Source: an uncultured Alphaproteobacteria bacterium
GTDB taxonomy: Bacteria > Pseudomonadota > Alphaproteobacteria > RF32 > CAG-239
DNA length: 64,000 nt
Direction of reading: 5' to 3'
NCBI GenBank assembly: GCA_944392225.1
Contig: CALXWB010000001.1
Coordinates: 855 to 64,854 of the forward strand
Of this stretch, positions 38,006 through 46,777 are shown piece by piece; position 1 is the stretch's first letter, and each line of letters opens with the position of its first letter. A program made the translations under genes and the position numbers. Under the pieces are notes generated by a model, which had not been told where the DNA came from, made no database searches, and worked only from the letters and a program-made list of their open reading frames with translations.

Positions 38006-38980
38006 ATGCTTACTGATAATATTTATACAACACAAATTGTTAATAAAGATTTTAAAGGGCTTAGAATTGATAAGTTCTTAACAACTTGTTTCCCCGAATT
38101 GTCTCGTTCGCAGCTCCAAAAACTGATTAAGAACGGCAATGTTTCTTGCGATGATGATATTATCCCCGATGTCTCTTTCAAAGTGCGTGAAAATGACTCT
38201 TATCAGCTCTATCTTCCGCCGCCGGCCGATGCTGAGCCTCAGCCTGAAAATATTCCCCTTAACGTGGTGTATGAAGATGAAGATGTTATTGTGGTTGACA
38301 AACCGGCCGGTATGACCGTGCATCCGGCTCCGGGGGCTCCAAACGGAACTTTGGTCAATGCTCTTCTTTATCATTGCGGCAACAGCTTGTCCGGGGTAGG
38401 CGGCGTTAAACGCCCGGGAATTGTGCATCGTATTGATCGCTTCACCAGCGGATTGTTGGTGGTGGCCAAAAATGATGCGGCACACCAATCTTTGAGCGCA
38501 CAGTTTTTTGATCATTCCATTGAAAGGACTTATTTTGCTCTTGTTTACGGCGTGCCTAATCCTTTGAACGGAACCATTGATAAAAATATTGCCAGAAGCT
38601 CGTTTGACAGAAAAAAAATGGCGGTTGTGGCTTCTGCCGGAAAACACGCCGTGACACACTATCAAACCAAAGAAGTTTTTAAAAATATTGCCTCTTTGGT
38701 GCAATGCAATTTGGAAACGGGCCGAACCCACCAAATCAGAGTGCATATGGCTTCAATTGGCTGCAATCTGATTGGGGACCAGGTCTATGAAAAAGCTAAA
38801 AAAACACTGATTAAAGCTATTTCCGAAGAAGATAAAAAATTTATCAACTCTTTTCCAAGACAGGCCTTACATGCGGCAACACTCGGGTTTGTTCATCCCA
38901 GAACCGGGCAATTGATGCATTTTGCTTCTCCTTTCCCTGAAGACTTTTTAGCTTTGCTTAATGTCCTCAAACATATTTGA
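38006..38980 (+). CDS. rluD: 23S rRNA pseudouridine synthase RluD
   Basis: S4 domain (RIDKFL), catalytic HRIDRFTSGLLVVAK and RTHQIRVH. Start moved to the ATG at 38006; the track ORF starts at the TTG at 37973. Confidence 0.9.
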   Translation: MLTDNIYTTQIVNKDFKGLRIDKFLTTCFPELSRSQLQKLIKNGNVSCDDDIIPDVSFKVRENDSYQLYLPPPADAEPQPENIPLNVVYEDEDVIVVDKPAGMTVHPAPGAPNGTLVNALLYHCGNSLSGVGGVKRPGIVHRIDRFTSGLLVVAKNDAAHQSLSAQFFDHSIERTYFALVYGVPNPLNGTIDKNIARSSFDRKKMAVVASAGKHAVTHYQTKEVFKNIASLVQCNLETGRTHQIRVHMASIGCNLIGDQVYEKAKKTLIKAISEEDKKFINSFPRQALHAATLGFVHPRTGQLMHFASPFPEDFLALLNVLKHI

Positions 38981-39064
38981 CCTATCTAATTTTTAGTTAC
39001 CTGATATATAAAATATATATATTCATAAAAATACAACTTAAGGTGTAGTCTTGTCATTGTAAAC

Positions 39065-39970
39065 ATGCCGCAAAAAGGAGTTGCCATGATTATTAATGAT
39101 AGATTGAAAGTTGATGGTTTTGATTTCTCCCCGGAAATTAATTTGGTCAGATATTTGCAAAAAATTAAAAAATTTCCGATTTTGTCTTCGGAAGAAGAAT
39201 ATCAACTCGCTTGTGCTTATAAAAAAACTAAAAATCCGGCTCTCTCCTACAAACTCTTGACTTCCCATCTGCGCTTGGTGGTTAAAATCGTGGCCAGATA
39301 TAAAGGATATGGTTTGCCTCTGGCAGAGATGATTGCTGAAGGAAATATCGGCCTTTTGCAGGCTTTGGATAAATTTGAGCCCGATAAAGGAAACAGGTTT
39401 TCAACTTATGCCATGTGGTGGATTAAAGCCGCCGTGCAAAAATATATTCTCAGCTCTTGGTCTTTGGTTAAAATCGGAACAACTTCGGCACAGAAAAAGC
39501 TTTTCTTTAATCTTAAAAAAGTCAAAGATAAACTAAACCTCATTCATGACAACCAAATGTCTGATGATATTATCAATGATATTGCTTCTCATTTGGAGGT
39601 TTCCAGAAAAGATGTTATTGATATGAATGAAAGAATGCGCTCTCATGACGGCTCACTGAATGAACCGATGAATGCCGATGATACGCATCAGCATGAGTGG
39701 ATGGACTTTATTTCTGATACAAAACCTAACCAGGAAGAGATTTTTGCGCAGACTGAATCTTTTATCAAACGCAGAAAGATTTTTGCAGCCTCTCTCGTTT
39801 GTCTTAACCCGAGGGAAAAAGATATTTTATTCAAACGCCGTCTCGAAACTCGGCCCGTTACGCTTGAAGCTTTGAGCTCCATGTATCATATTTCTAAAGA
39901 AAGAGTGCGCCAAATTGAGCTTAACTCTATCAAAAAAATGCAAAAATTTGTGGCAGAACATCAAGGTTGA
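39065..39970 (+). CDS. rpoH: RNA polymerase sigma-32 factor RpoH
   Basis: Region 2 (AEGNIGLLQALDKFEPDKGNRFSTYAMWWIKAAV) followed by an RpoH box (AQKKLFFNLKK). Confidence 0.92.
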   Translation: MPQKGVAMIINDRLKVDGFDFSPEINLVRYLQKIKKFPILSSEEEYQLACAYKKTKNPALSYKLLTSHLRLVVKIVARYKGYGLPLAEMIAEGNIGLLQALDKFEPDKGNRFSTYAMWWIKAAVQKYILSSWSLVKIGTTSAQKKLFFNLKKVKDKLNLIHDNQMSDDIINDIASHLEVSRKDVIDMNERMRSHDGSLNEPMNADDTHQHEWMDFISDTKPNQEEIFAQTESFIKRRKIFAASLVCLNPREKDILFKRRLETRPVTLEALSSMYHISKERVRQIELNSIKKMQKFVAEHQG

Positions 39971-39977
39971 TTGTTGT

Positions 39978-40484
39978 CTATTTTGATATGCCGTTGATTT
40001 GTTGGTCAATGATTTCTTCACCCCAATCTTCAGAAATTTTTTTCAATTGCTTATCTATATATATCAGGCGTTTTTGTGAACTGATTTTGGTGATGAAGGC
40101 AAAAAGATTTGGCATTTCATAATATAAGACAAAACCTAAAGCTGCCGAGCCCAACATAATCAGCATATTGAGCACATCTCCGAATAGGAAAATGTTTTCA
40201 TCAAAGGTCATTTTGTTTAAAACATTTACCAGATAAATAAACAAACCGGCAACGTTGAAACAGCCGATGATGATGAGCTTTGCCGAATCTTTCGGGCTGA
40301 CAAACATGACCGTCAATGTTGGTAACAGACCAATCAAAAGAACGATGATGGCCGGCAAAAATGACGATGCCACAATGGCTATGAACACAAAAAGCAAAAC
40401 CTTTCTGGCCAAGGATAATGACTTAAAGGACTTTGAAAAATTTGCACTTTTTTTCTTGATGGGCTTTTTCATTGCGATATCCAC
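39978..40484 (-). CDS. hypothetical polytopic membrane protein
   Basis: 168 aa with about four hydrophobic helices. Its start overlaps the upstream pseudokinase gene by 16 nt. Confidence 0.55.
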   Translation of the reverse strand: MDIAMKKPIKKKSANFSKSFKSLSLARKVLLFVFIAIVASSFLPAIIVLLIGLLPTLTVMFVSPKDSAKLIIIGCFNVAGLFIYLVNVLNKMTFDENIFLFGDVLNMLIMLGSAALGFVLYYEMPNLFAFITKISSQKRLIYIDKQLKKISEDWGEEIIDQQINGISK

Positions 40485-42508
40485 TGTATGAGGTTATAGG
40501 TAAATGAAACAATCATGGTCATGACGGCTAAAATGCCGGTGAACTTTAAAGCATTTTCTTGCGCTTCTTCAATCATCTTGTTGCTTTGAGTCAGAATCTT
40601 GTTCTTTTCATTAATCAAGGCGATGATCTCTTTCTTGACCTTTTGATAGAGCTCCAGATCTTCTTTCTTGGTTTCTTCATCTTCAAGGGCTTGATAAATC
40701 TCTATGATTTTTCCGCTTTTGGAAACTTTGACCAAGTCTTTTTCAATTTTCTTTTGAATTTTTAGGTTATGATAACTTTCAATCACGGGCTTGCTTATGC
40801 TGGCCAGCCATTGACCCAAGTTGGCCAGTTGAGCCGGGCCGTATTTCTTTTGCATGTCGGCATATAATCTGATAATGGCCGATATTTGAAGGCTTTCTTT
40901 GTTGGAGTTTAGGTCCAATATAATACCGTCAATTTTTTTGCCGAGCTTGCTTCTTAAAAAGGCTACCAGGTTCTTATCATAGGGTTTTACATCTCCCTTG
41001 ATATTGGCATAGTTATTATCCAAGGCTTTTAAAACTCGGGTGGCATTGTTGACATATTCATCGCCAACCAAGGGGCTCAGACAAGGCAAATCTTCATCAA
41101 AGTCATATATGATACGGTCGATGCCATAGCCAATATCTTTGCGGTTGATGTTTATTTTCTGTTCCGATAAATTGCTCGGTGAACGGATATCTTCTTGTTT
41201 GATATACCAGGAACGGATTAAGTCTGAGTTGAACAAATCATAAAAATTATTGATATTGATATTGTTTTTCAGACAATAGAAAATGGCCTTGGGTGCACCG
41301 TCCGGAAATACGGAAATATCGCGAATGTGAATCGGTGCCAAAGGATCTAATATGATACCGATTTGTGCAATGGTTATGTCTCGATTGTCGCCTTCGGATA
41401 TTTGGGTGATGATCTTGTCCAGTTGGTTATATATATCTTCGTTTTCCAGACCGTTTTTGACCCATTCAAGCAGTTTTCCAGACTTTATCAGCTCCCAGGC
41501 ATCATTGGGGTTGAGGTATAGGTTATAGGCCACCTCTTTTGAGGTGTAGCATTTTTCATTATTGATAACCAAGGCACGTTTAGGGCGCTCAACCAAACTT
41601 GTGTTTTGCAGATAGGGCGATTTTCCTTCAATGAAATTGTAGGTCTGGATAAATGACCAACGCAGGCTCGGCGTGTCTGCCAGCATACCTTTTAACAAGT
41701 TGACCAGCCCGGTTGATATTTTTTCATCTGCCGTTAGGGCATTATAAGAACCTTTTTTCAGCTTAATGCGAATTATTTCTGCCGTGCTTAACCCTGCCAT
41801 CGGCTCTTTGTTTGAGAGCAAGCGTATACATGAGGCGGCAATGGCATAAATATCATTTTTTTCGCTGCCGTTTCCTCTGCCGGATGTCATAGCCATCAGG
41901 CTTTCTATTGTTTCATAAGCAGCGGGTTGATAATATCCGGGAAAAGCAGCCAAGCAATCTCCCAGCATAATTTCATTATAGTCTTTTGATTTGAAATATA
42001 AATTTTCCGGTCTGATGGCGCGGTGCGTTATGCCATAACCTTTTAAGACTTCCGAAGCTGAAATCAAGCTCAAGATGACTTGTTTTAACTTTTGCGGGTT
42101 TGTTTTGTATCCGGCTTCTTCCAAATGGTCAAGCACTCTGCCGCCTTGCGGAATGACATATATTAAAACCACGGTGTTTCTTTTTTCCGTGGGGGCAAAT
42201 ATTATGCCGTATTCTACCAATTTTAAGATGTTGGGGTGGTCTATGGATTTTAAATATGGTAAAAATGAGCTGCGCGGGCAGGTTTCTGACCCGCAGACAA
42301 GAGCAAACAGCTCTCTTCTGGAATCTATCCGGTCTGACACACGAAAAGCCGTGCCGCCGTTGTTGTTTAACCATTCCAAGGGGGCGTTAAAATCAATTTC
42401 ATAACGCTCTTTAAGCAAAACTTTCTTTTTTGTCGGTTCGGCCGGAACGGATTCGTTGGCTATCGGCGTTTCCTCAATTTTGCTTGGATTATCTGTGTTT
42501 TCTTCCAT
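40469..42508 (-). CDS. tail-anchored protein with degenerate Ser/Thr-kinase-like domain (predicted pseudokinase)
   Basis: 679 aa. Kinase-fold landmarks are HPNILKLVEYG, ITHRAIRPENLYF (HRD changed to HRA), IMLGDCLA (DFG changed to GDC), DIYAIAASCIRLL and ADTPSLRW. There is no Gly-rich loop and no VAIK lysine. A C-terminal TM helix is present. Confidence 0.7.
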   Translation of the reverse strand: MEENTDNPSKIEETPIANESVPAEPTKKKVLLKERYEIDFNAPLEWLNNNGGTAFRVSDRIDSRRELFALVCGSETCPRSSFLPYLKSIDHPNILKLVEYGIIFAPTEKRNTVVLIYVIPQGGRVLDHLEEAGYKTNPQKLKQVILSLISASEVLKGYGITHRAIRPENLYFKSKDYNEIMLGDCLAAFPGYYQPAAYETIESLMAMTSGRGNGSEKNDIYAIAASCIRLLSNKEPMAGLSTAEIIRIKLKKGSYNALTADEKISTGLVNLLKGMLADTPSLRWSFIQTYNFIEGKSPYLQNTSLVERPKRALVINNEKCYTSKEVAYNLYLNPNDAWELIKSGKLLEWVKNGLENEDIYNQLDKIITQISEGDNRDITIAQIGIILDPLAPIHIRDISVFPDGAPKAIFYCLKNNININNFYDLFNSDLIRSWYIKQEDIRSPSNLSEQKININRKDIGYGIDRIIYDFDEDLPCLSPLVGDEYVNNATRVLKALDNNYANIKGDVKPYDKNLVAFLRSKLGKKIDGIILDLNSNKESLQISAIIRLYADMQKKYGPAQLANLGQWLASISKPVIESYHNLKIQKKIEKDLVKVSKSGKIIEIYQALEDEETKKEDLELYQKVKKEIIALINEKNKILTQSNKMIEEAQENALKFTGILAVMTMIVSFTYNLIQWISQ

Positions 42509-42638
42509 ATTTAAATTCTCACACTTATCTTATTTTTGAAGTTATTTTAATACATATTTGTTAATAAAGAACAAATAAATTGAGAATTGTTTTTTTTTAT
42601 GTATTATATTCTTAAAAATTCATTCTTTTTATGGTTTC

Positions 42639-43745
42639 GTGATGGTAAATTTTAATAAAGTTAATTTCGGGGCTGATAATTTGGCCTTTTTGGAAGAGCC
42701 GGATACGCAAAATGCTGCAAATTCCGGTGTGAAAATTGTTTCTCAAGCTGCCGGCGATGAAGTTAATCTGGATAAGCTGGAAACTCCCGGCAATGATGTG
42801 CCTTTGGTGCAGACTCCCGTGGCTGCAAAACTTCCTCCCGTTGCCGATTTTTCTGCTCAAAATTCTTCAAAAAGTGCCCAACTCAAAGCTGAATGGGGCG
42901 CTTTTTCTTTATCCCTGGCCGATGCCGTTGTGAAAATTTTTGAACTTTCCGACAGACCTTTCATTATTATTCGCGATGATATGGTCGTCTATCTCAACAA
43001 TACGGCCATGGCCATTTTGGAAATTCAGGATGAAAGAGATATCATCAATCAAAGCTTTTGGAATTTTGTGGATAAACAAGATTGGGAAATGCTCGCACAA
43101 AATATCGGCGCCATGCTCACCAATGACAAAATCATTCAAACGCGTTTGAAAACCTTCAAAGAACGCATCTATAAAATCAATCTCCAGGCTTTGTATATTG
43201 ATGATGGCGAGCATTTTACCTTTGCTCTTGTCGGTGACCGCAAAGTTAAATATAATCCGGGTGCCGGACTTTATGATACCGTGACCGGCTTGCCTAACTT
43301 TTATTTGTTTGAAGATCGTGTGCAAATTGCCGTGAATAATGAAAAATATAAAGATATGCGCCAACGCAAAAATATGATGGCCGTTTTGGGCGTGAATATT
43401 GATAATATTGAAGAGCTCAAAGAAGCCAATATGCTTGATTTTGTCTTGAAAAAACTGGCTTCTAAACTCGTTTTCCGTTTGAAAAAAAGCTATACCGTGG
43501 CACGCGGCCTCAAATATCCGTTTTGGCTTTTGATTAATGATTTTAACAATGAACACGATTTGGAAGTGGAAATTGAAAAAATCAAAGCCATTTTTGATGA
43601 GCCGATTGTCGGTAACTATATGGATTATAATGTTTCAACCTGCTTTGGTTACAGTATTTTCCCCAATAATGCCAAAACAGCCAATAAGCTCATTGAAACG
43701 GCTATTGATGCCATTCGCACCGCCGTGCGTTATCGCAAAGCCTAA
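42639..43745 (+). CDS. PAS-like plus degenerate GGDEF domain protein
   Basis: YDTVTGLPNFYLFEDRV is the GGDEF-domain start. The active-site position reads ARGLKYPFWLL instead of RxGGDEF. A PAS-like segment lies upstream. Confidence 0.65.
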   Translation: MMVNFNKVNFGADNLAFLEEPDTQNAANSGVKIVSQAAGDEVNLDKLETPGNDVPLVQTPVAAKLPPVADFSAQNSSKSAQLKAEWGAFSLSLADAVVKIFELSDRPFIIIRDDMVVYLNNTAMAILEIQDERDIINQSFWNFVDKQDWEMLAQNIGAMLTNDKIIQTRLKTFKERIYKINLQALYIDDGEHFTFALVGDRKVKYNPGAGLYDTVTGLPNFYLFEDRVQIAVNNEKYKDMRQRKNMMAVLGVNIDNIEELKEANMLDFVLKKLASKLVFRLKKSYTVARGLKYPFWLLINDFNNEHDLEVEIEKIKAIFDEPIVGNYMDYNVSTCFGYSIFPNNAKTANKLIETAIDAIRTAVRYRKA

Positions 43746-44491
43746 AGCTCATCATAACTTTGGCCCAAACGCAAGATTTTATGTGCGGCGGGTCCGTATT
43801 CACCGTTTGCTTCATGAATAATCAATCCGGCATGGATTTGGGTGGGCGTGTGGTTGTCTTTTTGCGCGCGAATGACTACCCTCTTGGCCTTTTGGCCGGC
43901 CTTTGAAAACAGCGGAATCACCTCTATATGACCGAGTTTGCCGTGAATGACGGATAAAATTTCATCCAAAGCTTCTGCCCGGTTAATCATATAAAAATGG
44001 CCGAGCGGCGCAGTCATCTTGATGCAAAATTCAATCCACCCCTTGAGAGAAAAATTAGCGTGATTATGGGCCAGAGCTTTGCTCTGGTTAGGTGAGGGCA
44101 TATCGCTTTCCGAATAGGGTGGGTTGGTGATGACATGCTCAAAACTGCAATTCTTAATTTCTTGCGGTTTGTTCTTAATATCGCAGTTTATATACTTCAA
44201 AAAACTATCAAAATTGTTGGCTTTGGCGCTCAAATTGGAAAGTTCGGCCAATTCCGGCTGCAACTCCAGACCGGTGATTTGCGGCTGCTTTTCAGCAAAA
44301 CGCGAAGCCAAACACAAAGAAATGGCGCCGGTGCCGGAGCCAACGTCTAAGATACTTTCACCTTTTTTGATTTTGCCGACCATGGATGATAAAATCACCG
44401 CATCGGTCGAAGCACGGTAACCGTTCCGCGGTTGAAAAATTTTAACCCTCTTGTCTAATAAATAATCTTGGCTATAATCATCCATATTCAA
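43742..44491 (-). CDS. SAM-dependent N6-adenine methyltransferase, TrmN6/YfiC-like
   Basis: ILDVGSGTGAISL (motif I) and VITNPPY (motif IV). The ~250-aa size fits tRNA1(Val) m6A37 methyltransferase. Substrate not established. Confidence 0.65.
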   Translation of the reverse strand: MNMDDYSQDYLLDKRVKIFQPRNGYRASTDAVILSSMVGKIKKGESILDVGSGTGAISLCLASRFAEKQPQITGLELQPELAELSNLSAKANNFDSFLKYINCDIKNKPQEIKNCSFEHVITNPPYSESDMPSPNQSKALAHNHANFSLKGWIEFCIKMTAPLGHFYMINRAEALDEILSVIHGKLGHIEVIPLFSKAGQKAKRVVIRAQKDNHTPTQIHAGLIIHEANGEYGPAAHKILRLGQSYDEL

Positions 44492-44545
44492 TCAACCTTT
44501 CCTTATCTCTTCGGTAAGGCGTATCTTAAACAGGAAATTGAAAAA

Positions 44546-45391
44546 ATGCTAGATAATATTTTGAGTTTAAAAGATAAATTTGATGTTTTTGTGCTTGATA
44601 TTTATGGCGTAACCTGGAACGGCAAAGCTCCGATTGAAGGTGCAAAAGAACATATGATTGAGTTGCGCCAAGCCAAGAAAAAAGTGATTTTGCTCTCAAA
44701 CGGAACCGAGCTTCAGGCTCATGCCGAAGAAAGTCAAGCCAAACGTGGCTTTGTCAAAGGTGTGCATTATGATGAAATTGTCACCTCTGGAGATTTGGCT
44801 TATGATACTTTTTCTTCCGATACACGCAAACTCAAATTTTATCAATTCGGTCGTGCCAATAAAGCTTTGTTTACAGATTGTCCTTACACGGAAGTGCAAA
44901 CCCCTGAGGAAGCTGATTTTGTTTATATCGGTGTGCCGCAAATTTTTGAAAACGGTATTTGGAAAGATTTTTTAAATCTGCAGCCTTTTGAAGCAGAACT
45001 ACGCAAAATTTATAAACTCGGGCTGCCGCTCATTTGTGCCAACCCGGATTTGCGGGCGCATGAAAACCAATATGAAGAAGCTGTGGTGCGCCAAGGTTTG
45101 GTGGCGCGTTTTTATGAAGATTTGGGGGGTGAGGTGGAATATTTCGGCAAGCCGTATCCTCTTATTTTTGATTTTGCCTTGCAACATATCGACACCCCGG
45201 ATAATCGCATTATTATGGTGGGAGACACTTTGGAGACAGATATTTTGGGCGGTAAAAGTTATGGCATTAAAACTGCGCTTACGATGACCGGCATTGCCAA
45301 AGAAAATATGGAAATTGAGGGCTTTGCATCAATTGGGCAATATTGCGGCGAGGTGCAGATTATTCCCGATTTTATTTTGAAAACATTATAA
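44546..45391 (+). CDS. HAD-superfamily hydrolase (subfamily IIA-like)
   Basis: FVLDIYGVTWNG (DxxG nucleophile motif), LLSNG and VGDTLETDILGG. Start moved to the ATG at 44546. Confidence 0.75.
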   Translation: MLDNILSLKDKFDVFVLDIYGVTWNGKAPIEGAKEHMIELRQAKKKVILLSNGTELQAHAEESQAKRGFVKGVHYDEIVTSGDLAYDTFSSDTRKLKFYQFGRANKALFTDCPYTEVQTPEEADFVYIGVPQIFENGIWKDFLNLQPFEAELRKIYKLGLPLICANPDLRAHENQYEEAVVRQGLVARFYEDLGGEVEYFGKPYPLIFDFALQHIDTPDNRIIMVGDTLETDILGGKSYGIKTALTMTGIAKENMEIEGFASIGQYCGEVQIIPDFILKTL

Positions 45392-45417
45392 AAAAAGAGG
45401 GAATTTTCCCTCTTTTT

Positions 45418-46374
45418 TTATTCTTTGTAAGAAGCCCTCTTAATCCGATCATTAATGGCCAAGCCCAAGTCATTTTCGGGAATGGGCGCCATGGCAATGC
45501 CTTTGAAATTGGGCTGAGCATCGGCAAAGCGCAGATAGGCAAACAGATTGGCTGCGGCCTCTCTTAAATCGCCTTTGGGACTCAAATTGAGGTGTGCTTG
45601 CGGCGTATTGCCAAAACCAATGTAAAATTCATCGGCTTGCGGCTCGGCGACGTTAATGCGCAAGGTTTTTCCGGGGGCATAGTGCTTGAGCAACTGTCCG
45701 GGGGCGCTGGGTTTGTTGGGGTCTCCGTGCGAGATGAGAATCTTTTCTCCCGTATATTCTTCCAACTCTTCTTTGCTCATGCCGCCGGCTCTGAGCATGA
45801 CAATGTCTTTGGTGGTCAAATCAATAATCGTGGTTTCCACGCCAACCTTGCAACGACCGCCATCCAAAATCATATCCACCTTATCGCCCAGGCTGTTGTA
45901 AACGTGATATGCCGTGGTGGGCGAAATGCTCTTAAATTTGTTGGCGGAAGGGGCGGCAATTGGGGTGCCGGACAAACGTATCAGCTCCAGAGCAATCGGG
46001 TGATTAGGCATTCTGACCGCAATATTTGGCAGGCCGGAGCAAACCAAATCAAGCGCATGATTTTTGTCTTTTCTCTTTAAAACAAAAGTCAGAGGTCCGG
46101 GCCAAAAATGGCGCGCCAAATCCATCACGCGGCTATCGGTCTCAGCATATTCGGGCAAAAAATCTATATCGGCAATATGCGAAATCAATGGATCAAAAGT
46201 CGGGCGTTGCTTGACGGCAAAAATGTTGGCAACGGCTTTTGTATTATATACATCGGCTCCCAAACCATAAACCGTATCGGTTGGAAAAGCAACCAAGCCG
46301 CCGTTTTTGATGGTTTCGGCTGCTTTTTGGATGTTTTCTTTGCTATATTCAAAAATATTGTTCGTCATCTTCAA
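45418..46374 (-). CDS. L-threonylcarbamoyladenylate synthase (Sua5/YwlC type TsaC)
   Basis: GGLVAFPTDTVYGLGAD, RPTFDPLI and SANKF, plus a Sua5 C-terminal domain. Confidence 0.9.
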   Translation of the reverse strand: MKMTNNIFEYSKENIQKAAETIKNGGLVAFPTDTVYGLGADVYNTKAVANIFAVKQRPTFDPLISHIADIDFLPEYAETDSRVMDLARHFWPGPLTFVLKRKDKNHALDLVCSGLPNIAVRMPNHPIALELIRLSGTPIAAPSANKFKSISPTTAYHVYNSLGDKVDMILDGGRCKVGVETTIIDLTTKDIVMLRAGGMSKEELEEYTGEKILISHGDPNKPSAPGQLLKHYAPGKTLRINVAEPQADEFYIGFGNTPQAHLNLSPKGDLREAAANLFAYLRFADAQPNFKGIAMAPIPENDLGLAINDRIKRASYKE

Positions 46375-46777
46375 TCTTAAATAAATATTTTATTGCTTTG
46401 ATTAAACTCGGAAAACTTTCTAGCACTTCCATACTGTCTTTGTCAATTGTTTGATAACATTTATTTTTCTGATTATAGGCCATATATTCAAATTCATCAT
46501 AGCCCAAAATGAGCAAGTTTTCTTTGTTTGGCAAGTCCAAATTAGCATTTTCGGCAAAAATATCCAGATAGTATGAATTGGGATTAATGCCAAATAAAAA
46601 GCTGCCGTCATATTCCATTGTGTTGATATGGTGCATCAGTTCTGCAAAATCTTGCGGGATGGCCGCCATTTTGTTGATTTTCAAATCTTGTTGCGTGCGG
46701 ATGATTTGTTCTGCCGTTGCCGGCTTGGCCGTCAGTGTCAGAGGCAGATTTTGCAATATTTCTATCAGTTCTTTCAT
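46349..46777 (-). CDS. SUKH/SMI1-KNR4-like protein (putative immunity protein)
   Basis: 142 aa. AEQIIRTQQDLKINKMAAIPQDFAELMHHINTMEYDGSFLFGI follows the SMI1/KNR4 pattern. ATGA overlap with the upstream HNH-like gene. Confidence 0.5.
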   Translation of the reverse strand: MKELIEILQNLPLTLTAKPATAEQIIRTQQDLKINKMAAIPQDFAELMHHINTMEYDGSFLFGINPNSYYLDIFAENANLDLPNKENLLILGYDEFEYMAYNQKNKCYQTIDKDSMEVLESFPSLIKAIKYLFKIEDDEQYF

